NCBI GenBank assembly: GCA_048938855.1
Contig: JBHLLT010000001.1
Location: 256,124 to 320,123, forward strand
Direction of reading: 5' to 3'
From: Promethearchaeota archaeon
Lineage (GTDB): Archaea > Asgardarchaeota > Lokiarchaeia > Sigyniarchaeales > SOKP01
Length of the DNA: 64,000 bases
Translations under genes and position numbers: made by a program
Shown here: positions 59,775 to 64,000 of the stretch, piece after piece
Layout of the letters: each line of letters starts with the position of its first letter
How positions within the stretch are numbered: the stretch's first letter is position 1
Notes under the pieces: generated by a model
Seen by the model: the letters and a program-made list of their open reading frames with translations, nothing else
Told to the model about the DNA's origin: nothing
Databases searched by the model: none

Positions 59775-60281
59775 TTATTCAATATATTTTACAATTTTCT
59801 CTAATGCTTTTCTGGCTGTTGGTTCCGGAATCTCGCCTTTAATATATCCGAAAGGCAAGATAGTTAAAAGATGGTCATTATCCCCCAAACCAAGTATATC
59901 TTTTGCTTTTTCTCTATTCATAGCACCGATCCAACAAGTACCAATCCCTAAAGACCATGCCATTAATATCATATTCATCGAAACTAAGGATGTATCAATC
60001 AAATACCATTTAGGACTTGTTTTCATCTTAGCAACAATCGCAATTGCAACTGGAACTTCTTTCATAAATCTACCATAACTTATAGTTTTAGCTAATTTTA
60101 GCAAAATATCTTTATTTTTGATTACAATAAACTCCCATGGTTGACGATTTGAAGCACTAGGAGACCATCTTCCTGCCTCTAAAATTTTATTTAATTCTTC
60201 ATCTTCTATCGGCTTAACTTGATATGCCCTAATACTTCTTCTTCCTTTTAGAAATTTTAATAATAATTCTGGTTCAATCAT
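59775..60281 (-). CDS. Nitroreductase family protein
   Basis: RRSIRAY, SPSASNRQPW, LGIGTCWIG. Confidence 0.92.
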   Translation of the reverse strand: MIEPELLLKFLKGRRSIRAYQVKPIEDEELNKILEAGRWSPSASNRQPWEFIVIKNKDILLKLAKTISYGRFMKEVPVAIAIVAKMKTSPKWYLIDTSLVSMNMILMAWSLGIGTCWIGAMNREKAKDILGLGDNDHLLTILPFGYIKGEIPEPTARKALEKIVKYIE

Positions 60282-60495
60282 AATTGATTTTTTTTTTATT
60301 ACTTATTAGTGTTATATAATTAAGGAATTAGGGATACTTTTTTGAGTTTTCCAAAATATACAATTTGAAATATTCCATTTCTTAATATAATACACCTAAT
60401 AGATCTAAAACCGCAATATTCGAGAAACGAATTAAAAACGGTTTCAAGAAGAAAAGGTTATCCTCATATAACCTCTTGGTTTGCAAGCCTATGAA

Positions 60496-61746
60496 TTAAT
60501 CAGAATTGAAATAATCTGATTCAAAATTAGGATAAATTTTCTTTTTTCTTCCGTCTTTTTCAAATGTTATAAGACCAAGCTCAATTAATTTGTTTAAATG
60601 GTATTGAATGGTTTTGTGATCAACTTTAAATTTTTTAGTTATTAGGTTATTCCACACACCTGGATTTTTTTCAATCATCTCTAAAATCTCGATTGTTAAT
60701 TTACTTTTTTGTAGTTTTAAATCTACGTTAGATATTGGATTTTTTTGATAATATGGAAAATATGCAATAAAGTTCCCAATTCTCTTTTTACCAATTACTT
60801 TATACGTCAATAAAATATCAAGATGCCAAACTAAATTACCCGCAGCTAATCCTGTTCTTCGTAGTAATTCGTTGAAGTGTATTCCAGGTTCATTCAAAAT
60901 TAGATCTATTATCTTATTCCGATTCTCATTCTCTAAAACCTCATCTAAAGATAATCGATGTGCTCCTTTCTCGATTGGTACAGTTCTGGTCCTTAAATAT
61001 TGAAAATAATCTTTTTTAGAAATAGCAACTACTAATGTAATAATTGCGAAAACTATGACAGAACTTGTTATTATTAACCAGGTCCAATCCTCTTGAATCA
61101 TCTCCACTTCATAAAGTGTAATATAATAGTCATTATATGGTTGGAGATCAACAAGACTACTCTCTAAATAGTTTTCAGAGTTTGTCTCATTGAATTTATC
61201 AATTGTTTCAATTATTTGCCAAGAATCTTGACCAGATTCATATAAAGCTAATGAATAGGATGCATCAGGACTAATATCGTATTGTTGGATTTTTCTGTAT
61301 CTAATTGTTAAATTTTCAATTGTATTATTTACCCTTATTTTAAATATACAGTTATACCTATATTGATATCTAAAACTACCTCTTTGAGGGGATTGTAGAG
61401 GTTGCATAACTCCAAAATTTTGCATATTAGTCTTGCTTGATACATTTAATGAAATTGGGTTAGTACTATTAACTATGAAAAAAGTTTGGCGGTTTTCAAG
61501 ATTATTATCATATTCGATACTAAGATTAATTAAAACATTTGTAGACACTTCAAAAGTAAGATTGTTAAGAAAATTATAAGAAACTTTTTCATTTGGTTGA
61601 ACAATATCTTGAGTTGAAAATCCTGAGATAGTCTCTTTTCGAGCATTAATATTTACTAAAAAAAAATTGAATCCTATTAAAATTACTAAAATAGTGAGAA
61701 CAAAATACTTTAGTTCTTTTCTTTTATTTATATTAACAATTCTCAA
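60496..61746 (-). CDS. Membrane-spanning transcriptional regulator (ectodomain + TM + tandem winged-helix domains)
   Basis: N-terminal signal/TM, beta-rich N-glycosylation-site-rich domain, TM, then VLENENRNKIIDLI..EPGIHFNEL...WHL and a second HTH (NPG....I.......TIQYHL). Confidence 0.88.
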   Translation of the reverse strand: MRIVNINKRKELKYFVLTILVILIGFNFFLVNINARKETISGFSTQDIVQPNEKVSYNFLNNLTFEVSTNVLINLSIEYDNNLENRQTFFIVNSTNPISLNVSSKTNMQNFGVMQPLQSPQRGSFRYQYRYNCIFKIRVNNTIENLTIRYRKIQQYDISPDASYSLALYESGQDSWQIIETIDKFNETNSENYLESSLVDLQPYNDYYITLYEVEMIQEDWTWLIITSSVIVFAIITLVVAISKKDYFQYLRTRTVPIEKGAHRLSLDEVLENENRNKIIDLILNEPGIHFNELLRRTGLAAGNLVWHLDILLTYKVIGKKRIGNFIAYFPYYQKNPISNVDLKLQKSKLTIEILEMIEKNPGVWNNLITKKFKVDHKTIQYHLNKLIELGLITFEKDGRKKKIYPNFESDYFNSD

Positions 61747-61824
61747 TTATATTCTTTCCAAATTCTTTATTTTATATAATTTTTTAAAAAAAAAAAAATT
61801 TGTTCATTTACTTTCTTTTTCTAA

Positions 61825-62505
61825 TTACTTTCTTTTTCTAATACTTAACACTGAAACAACGGCAATAATTCCTACTGCACCTCCAATACTAAGAACAACT
61901 AGAAGTGTATTATCTGCTTGGGGAATTAATACGGTCCAATAAGAGAATTCGCTTGTTTCGGCTACTAAATATCCATCTTCAACTGTAGTTGGCACAAGTT
62001 CCCATTCTTCAGAACTCTCATTATAGCGTGCCCATTGGCCATTTTGGTTTCGATTATTTGCCTGAATCTTAAGTTGTGCATCACATGTACCATTACAATT
62101 TAATTGTATACAGAATCCTTCATCATATAAATATCTATGTTGGTTTCTCATTTGATAGGTGTACCCTTTCATTAAGCCTAGTTCTGCTTGTTCTTCTGTA
62201 CATGTCATATTCATTAATAAAGGTCCTGAGCCGTTAACTTCCAATATAAAATCTTTTACTCCGATTTCTGATGCATCACAATCTATATTTACTTCAAGAT
62301 CCACATTCGTCATTACAGTTATCCGTGTTTGCATTGCAAATCTGAACATCACCTCGTTATGAGCTTGAATTTGATAATTATAAAGATGCTCATTATTTAT
62401 TGGGACTTCAGTTGGGGTAGTAGCGAGAACATTAGTTGCACCGAAAATTGAAAAAAGCATTAAGAAAGCAAAAGCTCCAAGTGTTATTTTATTAAATTTT
62501 TTCAT
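61825..62505 (-). CDS. Secreted/surface protein with a C-terminal TM anchor
   Basis: Signal peptide; YNESSEEWELVPTTVEDGYLVAETSEFSYWTV; TM followed by RKRK. Start ATG 62505 (track uses 62523). Confidence 0.8.
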   Translation of the reverse strand: MKKFNKITLGAFAFLMLFSIFGATNVLATTPTEVPINNEHLYNYQIQAHNEVMFRFAMQTRITVMTNVDLEVNIDCDASEIGVKDFILEVNGSGPLLMNMTCTEEQAELGLMKGYTYQMRNQHRYLYDEGFCIQLNCNGTCDAQLKIQANNRNQNGQWARYNESSEEWELVPTTVEDGYLVAETSEFSYWTVLIPQADNTLLVVLSIGGAVGIIAVVSVLSIRKRK

Positions 62506-62679
62506 TTTTTCTTTAAACACCAAATTTGTTCTACTTAGTAAAAAAGAAGTTGGTATTAAAAGGATTAAGGAATATTTCTTCCCAATAACATTGAGAAAGG
62601 AGATTACAAATTAGTATAAGTAAAAATATTGAATTACGCTAACAATAATTCTTAATAGACTAATTAATGTATTTTCTAA

Positions 62680-63651
62680 TTAAAATTTATTTAGCAAGAG
62701 CTCATCAATTTGCTTTATCAAATCTGTTGATAACGGACCTAATTTTAATGCTTTAGCATTTTCTTCAATTTGTTTAACTGTCTTTGCTCCTGGTATTGGA
62801 ATTGTAGTCTCACTAGTAGCCATAAGATAACCAAGTTGCCCTTGAATTAGTGTTCTTCCATCTTGATTCATGATCCGCTTTATTTCAGGAAGTAATTTAT
62901 TAATCGTTAAATAACGTTCTTGAGAAAAATCAACTCCAGCTAACATGTGATCCTCTGCAATTTCAGTATGTTCATTATACTTGCCAGTTAGAATACCAGA
63001 AGCTAATGGGCTTCTAATTAATCCGATTAGATCGTTTTTCTCGCAGAGTTCTATCATTTGATTATTATGTAGAGTTAAGTTCATTGCATATTGTACTGAA
63101 TTGCAATTTTGACCTTCTGCGAACATTTTCATCCGTTCTGGATCATCTGTACTCCATCCATAGCCGCCGATCAAACCCTCTTCCACCAAATCTTCTAAAA
63201 GTAACTGAACTCTTTTTGCATCGTATGGATCATGTTGACTGGAATGCAATTGGTAAATATCAATAAAATCCGTTTGAAGTCGCTTCATACTAGCTCTAAT
63301 TGCTTTTCGAATATAGTCAGGACTAGTATTTTTCTTACTTGGAGTACGAAGATTCCCTTCCTCAAAAACACTGCCAAATTTTGTAGCAATTACAATGTCA
63401 TCTCTATATTCTTTTATTGCTTCACCGAGAACTCTTTCACTTCTTCCCACGCCATAGATATCTGCAGTATCAAATATGTTAATTCCTAATTCTATAGCTC
63501 TATGAACAGTTTTAATCGATTCTTCATCATTTACTTTTCCATAGGCAAGATATGTTCCATCAGATCGTATAAATGGGCCTCCAAGACCAAAACTTCCCAT
63601 TCCTAGGGCACTTACAGTTTTCTTGCTGCATTTTAGCTTTCTTTTTAACAA
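62680..63651 (-). CDS. Aldo/keto reductase
   Basis: VSALGMG, FDTADIYG.GRSE, IATKFG, LQTDFIDIYQLH, PIPGAKTVKQIEEN. Confidence 0.93.
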   Translation of the reverse strand: MLKRKLKCSKKTVSALGMGSFGLGGPFIRSDGTYLAYGKVNDEESIKTVHRAIELGINIFDTADIYGVGRSERVLGEAIKEYRDDIVIATKFGSVFEEGNLRTPSKKNTSPDYIRKAIRASMKRLQTDFIDIYQLHSSQHDPYDAKRVQLLLEDLVEEGLIGGYGWSTDDPERMKMFAEGQNCNSVQYAMNLTLHNNQMIELCEKNDLIGLIRSPLASGILTGKYNEHTEIAEDHMLAGVDFSQERYLTINKLLPEIKRIMNQDGRTLIQGQLGYLMATSETTIPIPGAKTVKQIEENAKALKLGPLSTDLIKQIDELLLNKF

Positions 63652-64000
63652 AAAATCACCAATCCTTAGAAGATAAAATTATTAGCAGTTTATTTTATAA
63701 TTTCACAGATTAGATTAACCAATCTTATCATTTATTAAGGATTTTTAGCAATTTATAGTTTTAAATGTTGAACTTCATTTGTAGTTCCAATCTAAAAGAT
63801 TCTATCAAAAAATCTAGGTTTTGTAATTTCTAGGCGATAAAATAAATCACACCATAGAAGTCTCAAATCTATCTCAATGATTATGTTATTTTGACTTAAA
63901 TTTTAATACTAGAATTTTGAAAATATTATTATAGCAAATCAAATTAAAATATTTATAAGGAATTCATCTTAAATCTAGTTTAATTTGAATTCAAATACAA

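Noticed and set aside
60455-60474. Hairpin AGGTTAT-N6-ATAACCT between the regulator and nitroreductase genes
   Set aside because: A single 7-bp stem; it cannot be distinguished from a terminator or chance occurrence.
826-63489. Numerous short antisense or overlapping ORFs in the track (e.g. 826-1050, 5363-5713, 11998-12378, 33703-33969, 35742-36125, 61667-61942)
   Set aside because: They lie opposite or inside longer genes with recognisable motifs and show shadow-ORF composition (I/S/F/L-rich, no motifs).
63652-64000. Possible gene at the window end
   Set aside because: No convincing ORF; it appears to be AT-rich upstream or intergenic DNA.

Overview
AT-rich, gene-dense archaeal chromosome segment, most likely from an Asgard archaeon (Lokiarchaeia-like). 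The assignment rests on an HMf-type histone, TFB, a proteasome beta subunit, archaeal ProRS, deoxyhypusine synthase and methanofuran genes occurring together with eukaryotic-signature-type proteins: a two-domain gelsolin, a RING-finger protein, a longin-like protein and a HEAT/PCI-like protein. I found no rRNA, tRNA, CRISPR array or transposase. The standout locus is about 14.9-18.5 kb. It has a Cys-rich ArsR repressor divergent from an operon encoding a class I SAM methyltransferase fused N-terminally to an HgcA-like corrinoid membrane protein (variant cap helix NVWCAARG), an HgcB-like ferredoxin (ends CCG) and an EamA transporter, i.e. a candidate self-contained metal(loid) methylation module. 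Other notable items: a gelsolin sharing its C-terminal Zn-ribbon with a nearby small coiled-coil protein; a Thr1-less proteasome beta gene followed by a coiled-coil RING protein; a membrane-spanning wHTH regulator whose ectodomain looks paralogous to the adjacent surface protein; a PlsY-polyprenol/DAG-kinase fusion; a type II pantothenate kinase; and an enoyl-CoA hydratase interrupted by one in-frame TAA. Three genes missing from the ORF track were added (1-2825, 50792-50968, 51929-52093). All family calls come from motif recognition by eye; no database searches were run.
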